Virus genome (UHGV): UHGV-2035542
Source: a virus
DNA length: 40,870 bases
Reading direction: 5' to 3' (one strand)
The notes beneath the pieces were generated by a model. The model saw only the letters and a program-made list of their open reading frames with translations. It did not search any database and was not told where the DNA came from. Every line of letters begins with the position of its first letter. Positions within the stretch are counted from its first letter, which is position 1. Shown here piece after piece: positions 1 to 9,504 of this stretch. A program made the position numbers and the translations under genes.

Positions 1-1254
1 ATGCTGGAACAAATGGGCATTGCCGCGAAGCAAGCCTCGTATAAATTAGCGCAACTCTCCAGCCGCGAAAAAAATCGTGTGCTGGAAAAAATCGCCGATG
101 AACTGGAAGCACAAAGCGAAAGCATCCTCAACGCTAACGCACAGGATGTTGCAGACGCGCGTGCCAATGGCCTTAGCGAAGCGATGCTTGACCGTCTGGC
201 ACTGACGCCCGCACGGCTGAAAGGCATTGCCGACGATGTGCGCCAGGTGTGCAATCTCGCCGATCCGGTGGGGCAGGTAATCGATGGCGGCGTACTGGAC
301 AGTGGCCTGCGTCTGGAGCGCCGTCGCGTGCCGCTGGGGGTGATTGGCGTGATTTATGAAGCGCGCCCGAACGTGACGGTAGATGTTGCTTCCCTGTGCC
401 TGAAAACCGGTAACGCGGTGATCCTGCGCGGCGGCAAAGAAACCTGTCGCACTAACGCTGCAACGGTAGCGGTGATTCAGGACGCCCTGAAATCCTGCGG
501 CTTACCGGCGGGTGCCGTGCAGGCAATTGATAATCCTGACCGTGCGCTGGTCAGTGAAATGCTGCGTATGGATAAATACATCGACATGCTGATCCCGCGC
601 GGTGGGGCTGGTTTGCATAAACTGTGCCGCGAGCAGTCGACAATTCCGGTGATCACAGGCGGTATAGGCGTATGCCATATTTACGTTGATGAAAGCGCAG
701 AGATCGCTGAAGCCCTGAAAGTAATTGTCAACGCGAAAACTCAGCGTCCGAGCACGTGTAATACGGTAGAAACGTTGCTGGTGAATAAAAACATCGCCGA
801 TAGCTTCCTGCCCGCATTAAGCAAGCAAATGGCGGAAAGCAGCGTGACATTACACGCAGATGTAGCTGCGCTGGCGCAGTTGCAGGCAGGCCCCGCGAAG
901 GTGGTGGCTGTTAAAGCCGAAGAGTATGACGATGAGTTTCTGTCATTAGATTTGAACGTTAAAATCGTCAGCGATCTTGACGATGCCATCGCCCATATTC
1001 GTGAACACGGCACACAACACTCCGATGCGATCCTGACCCGCGATATGCGCAACGCCCAGCGTTTTGTTAACGAAGTGGATTCGTCCGCTGTTTACGTTAA
1101 CGCCTCTACGCGTTTTACCGATGGCGGCCAGTTTGGTCTGGGAGCGGAAGTGGCGGTAAGCACACAAAAACTTCACGCGCGTGGCCCGATGGGGCTGGAA
1201 GCACTGACCACTTACAAGTGGATCGGCATTGGTGATTACACCATTCGTGCGTAA
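1..1254 (+). CDS. proA: gamma-glutamyl phosphate reductase, full length (417 aa)
   Basis: 417-aa ORF whose translation ([30 protein letters not shown]...) reads as enterobacterial ProA from memory; GC-rich chromosomal-type sequence. Confidence 0.95.
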   Translation: MLEQMGIAAKQASYKLAQLSSREKNRVLEKIADELEAQSESILNANAQDVADARANGLSEAMLDRLALTPARLKGIADDVRQVCNLADPVGQVIDGGVLDSGLRLERRRVPLGVIGVIYEARPNVTVDVASLCLKTGNAVILRGGKETCRTNAATVAVIQDALKSCGLPAGAVQAIDNPDRALVSEMLRMDKYIDMLIPRGGAGLHKLCREQSTIPVITGGIGVCHIYVDESAEIAEALKVIVNAKTQRPSTCNTVETLLVNKNIADSFLPALSKQMAESSVTLHADVAALAQLQAGPAKVVAVKAEEYDDEFLSLDLNVKIVSDLDDAIAHIREHGTQHSDAILTRDMRNAQRFVNEVDSSAVYVNASTRFTDGGQFGLGAEVAVSTQKLHARGPMGLEALTTYKWIGIGDYTIRA

Positions 1255-1368
1255 ATAAAACCGGGTGATGCAAAAGTAGCCATTTGATTCACAAGGCCAT
1301 TGACGCATCGCCCGGTTAGTTTTAACCTTGTCCACCGTGATTCACGTTCGTGAACATGTCCTTTCAGG

Positions 1369-1444
1369 GCCGATATAGCTCAGTTGGTAGAGCAGCGCAT
1401 TCGTAATGCGAAGGTCGTAGGTTCGACTCCTATTATCGGCACCA
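1369..1444 (+). tRNA. thrW: tRNA-Thr (anticodon CGU), thrW-type, 76 nt with encoded CCA
   Basis: Cloverleaf readable by eye: acceptor GCCGATA/TATCGGC, anticodon loop TTCGTAA (anticodon CGT), T-loop TTCGACT, 3' ACCA. Confidence 0.9.
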
Positions 1445-1458
1445 TTTAAATCAATAAG

Positions 1459-2619
1459 TTACCTAGCATTTAAGTAAACCACGTTCTCCTCTTGTGCCGT
1501 ATTTGTGCCATTGCGACTTATAATCGCATCGATTTTGCTCGCGTGCTCGGTGAGATGCCCGGCTGAAAGGTGGGCGTATCTTTGAACCATTTCGAGAGTT
1601 TCCCATCCTCCCATCTCTTTAAGCGCAAGAAGAGAGACACCGGACTGAACCAGCCAGCTTGCCCAGGTATGCCTCAGGTCATGGAAGCGGAAGTTGCTAA
1701 TGCCTGCCCGCTTTAACGCTCCCTTCCATGCCTTGTTGCTGTCGGTTCTCATCTTCCTTACCGCTGCTGTTTTTGTTCCGTCGCTTCGGTAGGCAGGTTT
1801 GGTGTGGACAAATACCCATCTCTTATGGAGCCCCTGCTGTTTTCTTAATATCTGGCATGCGGTTTCGTTAAGAGGAACTCCGATCGCATTGCCAGCTTTT
1901 GTTTCATCAGGGTGCATCCATGCCATTTTCTTATCCAGATCGACCTGTGACCACTCAAGGTCTGTAACGTTGGAACGGCGAAGGCCTGTCGTGATTGCAA
2001 ACATGACCACAGGGAAGAAATGAGGAGCAATTTCTGCAAACAGGCGCTTCGATTCCTCCTCTGTAAGCCATCTGATTCTTCCATTCTTAACGCGTGGTGT
2101 TGATATTTTGGGCGCCCTGTCAAGCCATCCCCATTCAACAGCCATATTGAGAATAGCGCGAAGTATTGCCAGATGCCGCGTCTTCGTTCCTTTGCTTGCC
2201 AGCTTTGGTTTATACTCCGGCACTGGCTTGCCAAGCCGCAAACACCTGTCCCGGCTCATTTCCCAGTTCAGGCGATGGCGGCGGTTTTCCATCCCGTCTA
2301 CCGCCTCCATTATTTTTTCTGTTGTTATGTCTGAGAGAATGGTTTCTCTGAAGTGCAACATCCAGAACGATATAATGCTCTTGTCATCATCAATGGACTT
2401 CTTATCCGATTTCTCACGCAGCCACCGTATGCAGGCTTCCTTGAATAGCTTTTTCGGTGATTCCCCGAGATTTTTTACTCTCCACGCTTCTGCTTTCAGA
2501 CGATCGTGAAGTTCTTGCGCTTGCCTTTTGTCCGATGTTTCAAGAGAACGTCTAACTCTTGATCCATCTGGCGCGACGAAATCGCAGTGCCACGTGCCAC
2601 CGCGTAGTTTGATTGACAT
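1459..2619 (-). CDS. int: tyrosine-type site-specific integrase (P22-like, 386 aa)
   Basis: 386-aa ORF adjacent to the tRNA; C-terminal catalytic region with R...HDLRHT...Y-type motifs (FHDLRHTWAS, VQRYAHL). Confidence 0.9.
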   Translation of the reverse strand: MSIKLRGGTWHCDFVAPDGSRVRRSLETSDKRQAQELHDRLKAEAWRVKNLGESPKKLFKEACIRWLREKSDKKSIDDDKSIISFWMLHFRETILSDITTEKIMEAVDGMENRRHRLNWEMSRDRCLRLGKPVPEYKPKLASKGTKTRHLAILRAILNMAVEWGWLDRAPKISTPRVKNGRIRWLTEEESKRLFAEIAPHFFPVVMFAITTGLRRSNVTDLEWSQVDLDKKMAWMHPDETKAGNAIGVPLNETACQILRKQQGLHKRWVFVHTKPAYRSDGTKTAAVRKMRTDSNKAWKGALKRAGISNFRFHDLRHTWASWLVQSGVSLLALKEMGGWETLEMVQRYAHLSAGHLTEHASKIDAIISRNGTNTAQEENVVYLNAR

Positions 2620-2843
2620 GCTTTAACCTCCTGCACATCAACCGCATTCACCGCGCTATTGTGTCTCACAGACTTAAGCGCCGCAATGCAGTCTGACTTG
2701 CAAATGCGATATGGGCTTTTAGGTTTATCTGGATTTATCTTTGCGGCTTGAAGTCGTCCACTTCGTATCCACTGCGTGATAGTGCCTTTGTCTACCTTCA
2801 GATACGACGCAGCCTCTTCACGAGTGAAGATTTCTTCTTCCAC
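2496..2843 (-). CDS. xis: excisionase (probable GTG start; the track ORF extends to 2915)
   Basis: Directly upstream of int and overlapping its 5' end; HTH-like segment (REEAASYLKVDKGTITQWIRSGRL); GGAGA 7 nt before an in-frame GTG. Confidence 0.55.
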   Translation of the reverse strand: MEEEIFTREEAASYLKVDKGTITQWIRSGRLQAAKINPDKPKSPYRICKSDCIAALKSVRHNSAVNAVDVQEVKACQSNYAVARGTAISSRQMDQELDVLLKHRTKGKRKNFTIV

Positions 2844-2932
2844 CTGGAATCTCCATTTATTGGATTGACATGATTGCTGTAGGTCTGGATATCTTGAGAA
2901 GCTGGCAGGCCTCATCGAGTGTGAGACTGTGG

Positions 2933-3277
2933 TTAGTCCTTGCGTAGCTTGCTGATTCTTCTGTAAGTCTCTGGTGCTTTGTTTCCGTGTATCTTCATTT
3001 CAGACTTCAACAGAGCAACGAGAGAATCCCATTCGTTGAGGATGCCTTTGAATGCCGGAACGCGCTTTGCAACCTTGTCGAATGAATCTCTGATTTCTGG
3101 AATCTGCTCAACAAGTGCAACGCATCGCCGGAAGTCTGCTGCGTCATGGGGAGCGCCGAAGTGATGACCATAGATATTCTTTTTCAGTCCACATGCGATT
3201 GAGGCAAGAGTTGCGCTACTGATGCCAACATCGCCAGTCGATTGCCATTTCAAAACCTTCATAGCCAAATCTGACAT
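2933..3277 (-). CDS. hypothetical phage protein (start trimmed to second Met)
   Basis: ORF with GGAGA RBS before MSDLAMKV; the first Met of the track ORF lies inside a terminator hairpin. Confidence 0.45.
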   Translation of the reverse strand: MSDLAMKVLKWQSTGDVGISSATLASIACGLKKNIYGHHFGAPHDAADFRRCVALVEQIPEIRDSFDKVAKRVPAFKGILNEWDSLVALLKSEMKIHGNKAPETYRRISKLRKD

Positions 3278-3291
3278 TTCTTGTCTCCAAT

Positions 3292-3312
3292 AAAAAACCG
3301 CCATCAGGCGGC
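3292..3312 (-). terminator. intrinsic terminator (minus strand)
   Basis: On the minus strand: GCCGCC-TGAT-GGCGG hairpin followed by TTTTTT. Confidence 0.5.
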
Positions 3313-3377
3313 TTGGTGTTCTTTCAGTTCTTCAATTCGAATATTGGTTACATTGTTTTCATATATGAATAAATAAA

Positions 3378-3557
3378 TTAGCTTTTTTCGTTGCCTTCGC
3401 GTTCTTTATTAATTTTAACAAACTCGTTTTTACCACGCTCTCCAAATGCGTCTTTAGATTCGTTGTATCCGCAATCGCAGCACACATAATCACCAGACCA
3501 TCCACGCATTGTTTTTTCTTTTGCAATATTTCCAGAACCGCATTTTGGACAAGACAT
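3378..3557 (-). CDS. small zinc-ribbon protein (CxxC...CxxC)
   Basis: MSCPKCGSG...CCDCGYNE; GGAGG RBS 7 nt upstream of the internal ATG. Confidence 0.45.
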   Translation of the reverse strand: MSCPKCGSGNIAKEKTMRGWSGDYVCCDCGYNESKDAFGERGKNEFVKINKEREGNEKS

Positions 3558-3653
3558 ATCACTACCTCCAAAGCATGAGTGAGATGACAACGTAACATTG
3601 ATTGGAGATTAACAATAGATTGCTGATGTAAAAGATATGCATAAGCTTCGCTT

Positions 3654-4307
3654 TCAAAGTGGAGGTTCTGGTAGCGGCATCCAGTGTGACGGTTTCCACG
3701 ACGCACCAGGAATTATCCACCCATCATTAGCGTCAGGATGACCCGGGATGTAAGTCGCCCATTTCATTCGCCAGTCACCTTTCCTGTCAAACTCCACGGC
3801 AACAAGAACGGCTGTTTTGGTATCCGGCATTCGCTCACTACAGCTTATCCAACCATCCGGAGTTGCCGGAGAGTTGCCTGGTTCTTTAATGTGCAAGCGA
3901 GGCTCACCATCTTTTGGCTCAGGCCACTGGCGCTCCATGTTAATCTTCAATTTATCTTCCATAGCAACGGTAATTTCAGCATCGCTGATGCCAGCACGGC
4001 GCTGTGCATCCCACAACAGAAACTGCATATCAGCCCACTCGCTAAGATCGTCTGGTTCGGCTGCGGCTTCCAGTGCCTCTTTTGAGAGATGTTTCAGCGG
4101 ACCAATGGGGCCAACGCAGCCAAATGTGGAGTCAGACCATTTGGCATGCTCGTGGCGAATCTGTTCGCGTTCCAGCGATGCCAGTGCAATTTTTAATGCG
4201 GTAAGCATGTTGTTTTGATCTTCATCGAGTCCGAACGGTATTTCATCCCGTGCTGACTCAATGCTGGTAATCGTGTTCTGTAACCATTCTTTGGTAATAG
4301 TGGTCAT
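3654..4307 (-). CDS. MazG-like dATP/dGTP pyrophosphohydrolase domain fused to a DUF551-like C-terminus
   Basis: N-terminal acidic helical motifs (LEREQIRHEHAKW, EWADMQFLLWDAQRR); C-terminal W-rich tail ending WMPLPEPPL. Confidence 0.6.
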   Translation of the reverse strand: MTTITKEWLQNTITSIESARDEIPFGLDEDQNNMLTALKIALASLEREQIRHEHAKWSDSTFGCVGPIGPLKHLSKEALEAAAEPDDLSEWADMQFLLWDAQRRAGISDAEITVAMEDKLKINMERQWPEPKDGEPRLHIKEPGNSPATPDGWISCSERMPDTKTAVLVAVEFDRKGDWRMKWATYIPGHPDANDGWIIPGASWKPSHWMPLPEPPL

Positions 4308-4309
4308 AG

Positions 4310-4501
4310 CTATTTCACCTTAATCTCAACATTTCTCAGCTTTAGCTCTACTGGCAGGTCTGACTTTCCTGTTAATGCTAATGCGAGATTTTCAGGAGTA
4401 ATGAGAGCAGTTATTGTTTTCCCCCTTGCCAGACGAATAATCATTCGTATCTCGCGATCGTCACATGCTCCCGGTCGAACAATTGATATTTGTCCGATCA
4501 T
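4310..4501 (-). CDS. hypothetical small protein
   Basis: ATG immediately after the stop of the upstream gene (TGAGATG), same strand. Confidence 0.4.
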   Translation of the reverse strand: MIGQISIVRPGACDDREIRMIIRLARGKTITALITPENLALALTGKSDLPVELKLRNVEIKVK

Positions 4502-4502
4502 C

Positions 4503-5198
4503 TCACTCTCCTTTGATGCGAATGCCTGCGGCGCGTGGCACATTAACTTCCACGATGCGCACTGTTGGTTTGTACATCTCAATCGCTGTCAACCAGTCAG
4601 CTCCTGTCATGCGCTTTTCCGCATCGCCATTAGTCCACTGAACCGGTACACCAATAGCCTTCATCGCGATTTCTATTTCCCCGGCAATGGCGCTTTTTCC
4701 GCAACCAGTAAAACCAGAAACAACGACAAGAACTTCACCTTTGGCTGGTTTTATTTCCCGTGCTTCCAGTTCTGCAATGCGCTTACTTCCATCCGAGATA
4801 ACACCTTCGTAATACTCACGCTGCTCGTTGAGTTTTGATTTTGCTGCTTCAAGCTCAACGCGCAGCTTCCCAACCGTAAGCGCAATATCCTCGTTCTCCT
4901 TGTCGCGGCGTTTGATGTATTGCTGGTTTCTTTCCCGTTCATCCAGTAGTGCCAGCGCAACATTTGGATTAAAAGCAGCAATAAATTCAGCGTTTGCATA
5001 AGCCTGAACATCTGTTTCAACCAGGCAGTTAACATGACATTCCGCAATCACACCACCGGGTTCTCCTTTCCATTTTTGGCAAACAAAAACTCCTGTTAAA
5101 TTGCCGTGCTGGTTAACAGATGTATGCCCTACGATGTAGCTTCCTTTAGTTGCTTTCTCTGCCTTTTCACGCAGTGCCTGATAATTAATTTCGCTCAC
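4503..5198 (-). CDS. Ead/Ea22-like early-region protein
   Basis: 231-aa ORF with a central coiled-coil-like segment, in the early-left accessory region; family assignment from memory. Confidence 0.55.
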   Translation of the reverse strand: MSEINYQALREKAEKATKGSYIVGHTSVNQHGNLTGVFVCQKWKGEPGGVIAECHVNCLVETDVQAYANAEFIAAFNPNVALALLDERERNQQYIKRRDKENEDIALTVGKLRVELEAAKSKLNEQREYYEGVISDGSKRIAELEAREIKPAKGEVLVVVSGFTGCGKSAIAGEIEIAMKAIGVPVQWTNGDAEKRMTGADWLTAIEMYKPTVRIVEVNVPRAAGIRIKGE

Positions 5199-5416
5199 TT
5201 CGAACCTCTCTGTTTACTGATAAGCTCCAGATCCTCCTGGCAACTTGCACAAGTCCGACAACCCTGAACTGCCAGGCGTCTTCGTTCATCTATCGGATCG
5301 CCACACTCACAACAATGAGTTGCGGATACAGTCTGGTAGTTCAGGCGACGCATTTTTATTGCTGTATTGCGCTGTAATTCTTCAATTTCTGATGCTGAAT
5401 CAATGATATCTGCCAT
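5195..5416 (-). CDS. TraR/DksA-family C4 zinc-finger protein
   Basis: 73 aa with CCECGDPIDERRR...CRTCASCQ (C4 finger typical of phage TraR-like proteins). Confidence 0.7.
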   Translation of the reverse strand: MADIIDSASEIEELQRNTAIKMRRLNYQTVSATHCCECGDPIDERRRLAVQGCRTCASCQEDLELISKQRGSK

Positions 5417-5514
5417 CTTTCATTAATCCCTGAATTGTTGGTTAATACGCTTGAGGGTGAATGCGAATAATAAAAAAGGAGCCTGTAGCTCCCTGATGAT
5501 TTTGCTTTTCATGT

Positions 5515-5730
5515 TCACCGTTCCTTAAAGACGCCGTTTAACATACCGATTGCCAGACTTAAGTGAGTCGGTGTGAATCCCATCAGCGTTACCGTTTCGC
5601 GGTGCTTCTTCAGTACGCTACGGCAAATGTCATCGACGTTTTTATCCGGAAACTGCTGTCTGGCTTTTTTGATTTCAGAATTAGCCTGACGGGCAATACT
5701 GCGAAGGGCGTTTTCTTGCTGAGGTGTCAT
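5515..5730 (-). CDS. hypothetical protein (internal Met start assumed)
   Basis: ORF in the early-left operon; start uncertain. Confidence 0.35.
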   Translation of the reverse strand: MTPQQENALRSIARQANSEIKKARQQFPDKNVDDICRSVLKKHRETVTLMGFTPTHLSLAIGMLNGVFKER

Positions 5731-5806
5731 TGAACAAGTCCCATGTCGGCAAGCATAAGCACACAGAATATGAAGCCCGCTGCCAGAAAAATGCATTCAG
5801 TGGTTG

Positions 5807-5998
5807 TCATACCTGGTCTCTCTCATCTGCTTCTGCTTTCGCCACCATCATTTCCAGCTTTTGTGAAAGGGATGCGGCTAACGTATGAAATTCTTCGTCT
5901 GTTTCTACTGGTATTGGCACAAACCTGACTCCAATTTGAGCAAGGCTATGTGCAATCTCAATGCTCGTTCTTAACTCAACAGGAGATGCTTTGTGCAT
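5807..5998 (-). CDS. small early-left protein (lambda orf63-like by position)
   Basis: 63-aa ORF upstream of exo on the same strand. Confidence 0.45.
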   Translation of the reverse strand: MHKASPVELRTSIEIAHSLAQIGVRFVPIPVETDEEFHTLAASLSQKLEMMVAKAEADERDQV

Positions 5999-6159
5999 AC
6001 AGCCCCTCGTTTATTATTTATCTCCTCAGCCAGCCGCTGGGCTTTCAGCGGATTTCGGATAACAGAAAGGCCGGGAAATACCCAGCCTCGCTTTGTAACG
6101 GAGTAGACGAAAGTGATCGCGCCTACCCGGATATTATCGTGAGGATGCTTCATCGCCAT
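5971..6159 (-). CDS. small early-left protein (lambda orf60a-like by position)
   Basis: 62-aa ORF immediately downstream of exo on the same strand. Confidence 0.45.
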   Translation of the reverse strand: MAMKHPHDNIRVGAITFVYSVTKRGWVFPGLSVIRNPLKAQRLAEEINNKRGAVCTKHLLLS

Positions 6160-6830
6160 TGCTCCCCAAATACAAAACCAATTTCAGCCAGTGCCTCGTC
6201 CATTTTTTCGATGAACTCCGGCACCATCTCGTCAAAACTCGCCATGTACTTTTCATCCCGCTCAACCACGACATAATGCAGGCCTTCACGCTTCATACGC
6301 GGGTCATAGTTGGCAAAGTACCAGGCATCTTTTCGCGTCACCCACATGCTGTACTGCACCTGGGCCATGTAAGCCGATTTTATGGCCTCGAAACCACCGA
6401 GCCGGAACTTCATGAAATCGCGGGAGGTAAACGGGCATTTCAGTTCAAGGCCGTTGCCGTCACTGCATAAACCATCGGGAGAGCAGGCGGTGCGCATACT
6501 TTCGTCGCGATAGATGATCGGGGATTCAGTAACATTCACGCCGGAAGTGAATTCAAACAGGGTTCTGGCGTCGTTCTCGTACTGTTTTCCCCAGGCCAGC
6601 GCCTTGGCATTAACTTCCGGAGCCACACCGGTGCAAACCTCGGCAAGCAGGGTGTGGAAGTAGGACATTTTCATATCAGGCCATTTCTTTCCGGATCGGG
6701 GTTTTGCTATTACGTTATGAACTTCTGAAGCTGTGATGACGCCGAGCCGTAATTTGTGCCACGCATCATCCCCCTGTTCGACAGCTCTCACATCGATCCC
6801 GGTACGCTGCAGGATAATGTCCGGTGTCAT
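6150..6830 (-). CDS. exo: lambda-type exonuclease (Red alpha), 226 aa
   Basis: Translation [40 protein letters not shown]... matches lambda Exo from memory; 4-nt overlap with bet. Confidence 0.95.
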   Translation of the reverse strand: MTPDIILQRTGIDVRAVEQGDDAWHKLRLGVITASEVHNVIAKPRSGKKWPDMKMSYFHTLLAEVCTGVAPEVNAKALAWGKQYENDARTLFEFTSGVNVTESPIIYRDESMRTACSPDGLCSDGNGLELKCPFTSRDFMKFRLGGFEAIKSAYMAQVQYSMWVTRKDAWYFANYDPRMKREGLHYVVVERDEKYMASFDEMVPEFIEKMDEALAEIGFVFGEQWR

Positions 6831-7612
6831 GCAGCCACCTTCTGCTCAGAGGCTTTCTGTTTCAGGAATCCAAGAGCTTTCACTGCTTCGGCCTGTGTCA
6901 GTTCTGACGATGCGCGAATGTCGCGGCGAAATATCTGGGAACAGAGCGGCAATAAGTCGTCATCCCATGTTTTGTCCAGGGCAATCAGCAGAGTGTTAAT
7001 CTCCTGCATGGTTTCATCGTTAACCGGAGTAATGTCGCGTTCCGGCTGACATTCTGCGGTGTATGCGGTATTTTCGACAATGCGCTCGGCTTCATCCTTG
7101 TCATAGATACCAGCAAATCCGAAGGCCAGACGGGCACACTGAATCATGGCTTTATGCCGTAACATCCGTTTGGGATGCGACTGCCACGGGCCGGTGATTT
7201 CTCTGCCTTCGCGGGTTTTGAATGGTTCGCGGCGGCATTCATCCATCCACTCGGTAACGCAGATCGGATGATTACGGTCTTTGCGGTAAATCCGGCATGT
7301 ACAGGATTCATTGTCCTGCTCAAAGTCCATGCCATCAAACTGCTGGTTTTCATTGATGATGCGGGACCAGCCATCAACGCCCACCACCGGAACGATGCCG
7401 TTCTGCTTATCAGGGAAGGCGTAAATTTCTTTCGTCCACGGATTAAGGCCGTACTGGTTGGCGACGATCAGCAATGCGATGAACTGCGCATCGCTGGCAT
7501 CACCTTTAAATGCCGTCTGGCGAAGAGTGGTGATCAGTTCCTGTGGGTCGACAGAATCCATGCCGACACGTTCAGCTAGCTTCCCAGCCAGCGTTGCGAG
7601 TGCTGTACTCAT
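6827..7612 (-). CDS. bet: lambda-type Bet (Red beta) single-strand annealing protein, 261 aa
   Basis: Translation [44 protein letters not shown]... matches lambda Bet from memory. Confidence 0.95.
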   Translation of the reverse strand: MSTALATLAGKLAERVGMDSVDPQELITTLRQTAFKGDASDAQFIALLIVANQYGLNPWTKEIYAFPDKQNGIVPVVGVDGWSRIINENQQFDGMDFEQDNESCTCRIYRKDRNHPICVTEWMDECRREPFKTREGREITGPWQSHPKRMLRHKAMIQCARLAFGFAGIYDKDEAERIVENTAYTAECQPERDITPVNDETMQEINTLLIALDKTWDDDLLPLCSQIFRRDIRASSELTQAEAVKALGFLKQKASEQKVAA

Positions 7613-7617
7613 CCGTT

Positions 7618-7914
7618 TTATACCTCTGAATCAATATCAACCTGGTGGTGAGCAATGGTTTCAACCATGTACCGGATGTGTTCTGCCATGCGCTCCTGAA
7701 ACTCAACATCGTCATCAAACGCACGGGTAATGGCTTTTTTGCTGGCCCCGTGGCGTTGCAAATGATCGATGCATAGCGATTCAAACAGGTGCTGGGGCAG
7801 GCCTTTTTCCATGTCTTCTGCCAGTTCTGCCTCTTTCTCTTCACGGGCGATCTGCTGGTAGTGACGCGCCCAGCTCTGAGCCTCAAGACGATCCTGAATG
7901 TAATAAGCGCTCAT
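7618..7914 (-). CDS. gam: Gam (RecBCD inhibitor), short 98-aa form
   Basis: [31 protein letters not shown]... matches lambda Gam; AGGAG RBS upstream; the upstream frame is closed by an in-frame stop shortly before this ATG, so no long form. Confidence 0.9.
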   Translation of the reverse strand: MSAYYIQDRLEAQSWARHYQQIAREEKEAELAEDMEKGLPQHLFESLCIDHLQRHGASKKAITRAFDDDVEFQERMAEHIRYMVETIAHHQVDIDSEV

Positions 7915-7990
7915 GGCTGAACTCCTGAAAATGGCTGTGAAAATAGCGCCCGCGAAATGCCAGGCTGATTAGGAAAACAGGAAAGGGGGG

Positions 7991-8401
7991 TTAGTGATTC
8001 AGGCCGTTACCGCGTCCGTCGAGAAAAACTTCCACGAGCAAATCACGGGTATAAGTGCGCTCGATGCCGCGATGCAGATAAAGCCGTCCGCGTAAATTAG
8101 CTGATGCAGTCCAGGTACCATCTTTGTGTTTGACCAGCATTCCTGGCATGACCGCGCCGCGATTAACGGTCTGCGTTCCGTAATGTTGATGAACCATAAA
8201 AACTCCTGCCCGTAAGCTGGGCTGCTGAACATATAGAGACTTCTGCGCGTATTCAGGCGGTGGATGGCCGCCGGTTGTCATAACTAAGCCGCCTCGTTGA
8301 AGCGACTGAGGTATAAAGTGTTGTGTTGATTTCAGCTGGTCACACCGACGTTCACGCGTCCGCTTCACCCCTCGCACTCCCCGGAGCCTGCTGAAATTCA
8401 A
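7991..8401 (-). CDS. hypothetical protein in the slot lambda uses for kil/cIII/N; start uncertain (alternative ATG at 8281)
   Basis: 136-aa ORF with an Arg-rich N-terminal stretch (RLRGVRGVKRTRERR); no family recognised. Confidence 0.3.
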   Translation of the reverse strand: MNFSRLRGVRGVKRTRERRCDQLKSTQHFIPQSLQRGGLVMTTGGHPPPEYAQKSLYVQQPSLRAGVFMVHQHYGTQTVNRGAVMPGMLVKHKDGTWTASANLRGRLYLHRGIERTYTRDLLVEVFLDGRGNGLNH

Positions 8402-8466
8402 GCTGCGGATCTAAGCGGTCATCGCAACGGTGAATCAGGTGGTTGCCGTATCGTTGTGTTGTTGCG

Positions 8467-8520
8467 ATATGGTGATAATAGCTATTGCTATTGGTGATAT
8501 CAATACTTATTGCTATTGGC
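8467..8520. promoter_or_regulatory. putative leftward operator/promoter region (oL/pL equivalent)
   Basis: Two tandem ~25-bp repeats (TGGTGATA...ATTGCTATTGG) plus the palindrome AATAGCTATT; the same ATTGCTATT(G) motif recurs between cI and cro. Confidence 0.4.
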
Positions 8521-8644
8521 TGATGTGTTTTGATATTAAATGTTTGATAGCAAAAAGAATTAATTTTGTGACTTGCATCGCATAGCGATAACTGAAGCAG
8601 TAGTGTGGTGGTTTTTTGAGCGGTGTGTGATGAGGGGAGGGGAC

Positions 8645-8671
8645 AAAAGAAAACCCGGCACGGTGGCCGGG
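8645..8671 (-). terminator. intrinsic terminator closing the cI/kinase-like/DUF3037-like operon
   Basis: Minus strand: CCCGGC-CACCGT-GCCGGG hairpin followed by TTTTCTTTT, just downstream of the 8698 stop. Confidence 0.6.
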
Positions 8672-8697
8672 TTATTAATTAAATTAGTCAGTTTTTT

Positions 8698-9504
8698 CTA
8701 CTGTAACATAGAGGCAGCATTCAGCATCTTTTCGTAATATGAACGCATGTCTTCTTTGCTATATGCGTTGATAAGATTATCAGCGTGTTTTTCCAGTAGA
8801 TTTAGCTGCTGTTTTGCTGACTTTTCTTGTGCTGTCGTTTCAGCGGCAAAAATTACAAATGAATCAATATTTGAATTGTATAATTCGTAGGCTTTAGTAA
8901 TTGTTAAAACACTTATCGCAGCTTCACCCATTTGTTTTTTTATATTTTCAGAACGAAAATCTAATGTTTCTGTAAGATGGTATTTGCCATTTTTTAACAA
9001 AAAATCTGCAACTAACCCTTCTTCATTACTAATTGGATAATTAGCTACGATTTTATGTTGGGAAAGATCTTCAAAATACTTACTGAAAATTCCATGTTGT
9101 ATAAAGGTGGATTTTAATTCAGAAAAAACCTTTTTTTTCAACTGCTTATGTGGTTGTTTTTGTGGGTTTACTAACCGATTCATTAGATCAGTAACTTTAG
9201 CTTCGTAATCTTCGTTGGCTTGAAGAGTGAACATGCCAAATGACGATAACGATAATGCTCCCTTAAAAAGACAAGGAAGAAGTTCAGCATTGTTGATTTT
9301 TTGTGACAAATCAAAAAGCGAGGTTGAAAGATCCTCTAAGTAATCTAAGGTAAGATCTTTGTCAATCGCTTTAAGTTTTGAAACTGAATTGAGCATACGT
9401 ACGTCTATGTCAGAGTCATGGTAAACGATCAAACCAACGTTAATCGTTTCACCTTTCTCTAAGTTCGGTGTAACTCTGATTAAGCTGTATTTGAAAGTTT
9501 TCAA
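8698..9504 (-). CDS. DUF3037-like protein (268 aa), TTG start coupled to the upstream gene
   Basis: TTGA start/stop overlap with the kinase-like gene; GGAG about 10 nt upstream; N-terminus KYSLIRVTPNLEKGETINVGLIV resembles DUF3037-type proteins (from memory); visibly AT-rich. Confidence 0.6.
   Translation of the reverse strand: MKTFKYSLIRVTPNLEKGETINVGLIVYHDSDIDVRMLNSVSKLKAIDKDLTLDYLEDLSTSLFDLSQKINNAELLPCLFKGALSLSSFGMFTLQANEDYEAKVTDLMNRLVNPQKQPHKQLKKKVFSELKSTFIQHGIFSKYFEDLSQHKIVANYPISNEEGLVADFLLKNGKYHLTETLDFRSENIKKQMGEAAISVLTITKAYELYNSNIDSFVIFAAETTAQEKSAKQQLNLLEKHADNLINAYSKEDMRSYYEKMLNAASMLQ

Noticed and set aside
741-1335. Minus-strand ORFs overlapping proA
   Set aside because: Antisense to a full-length proA; typical GC-rich antisense frames.
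7991-8401. The 136-aa Arg-rich ORF as an N antiterminator
   Set aside because: Only the short Arg-rich stretch resembles an ARM; the rest has no N-like features and I found no boxA/boxB nut sites nearby. Kept as hypothetical.
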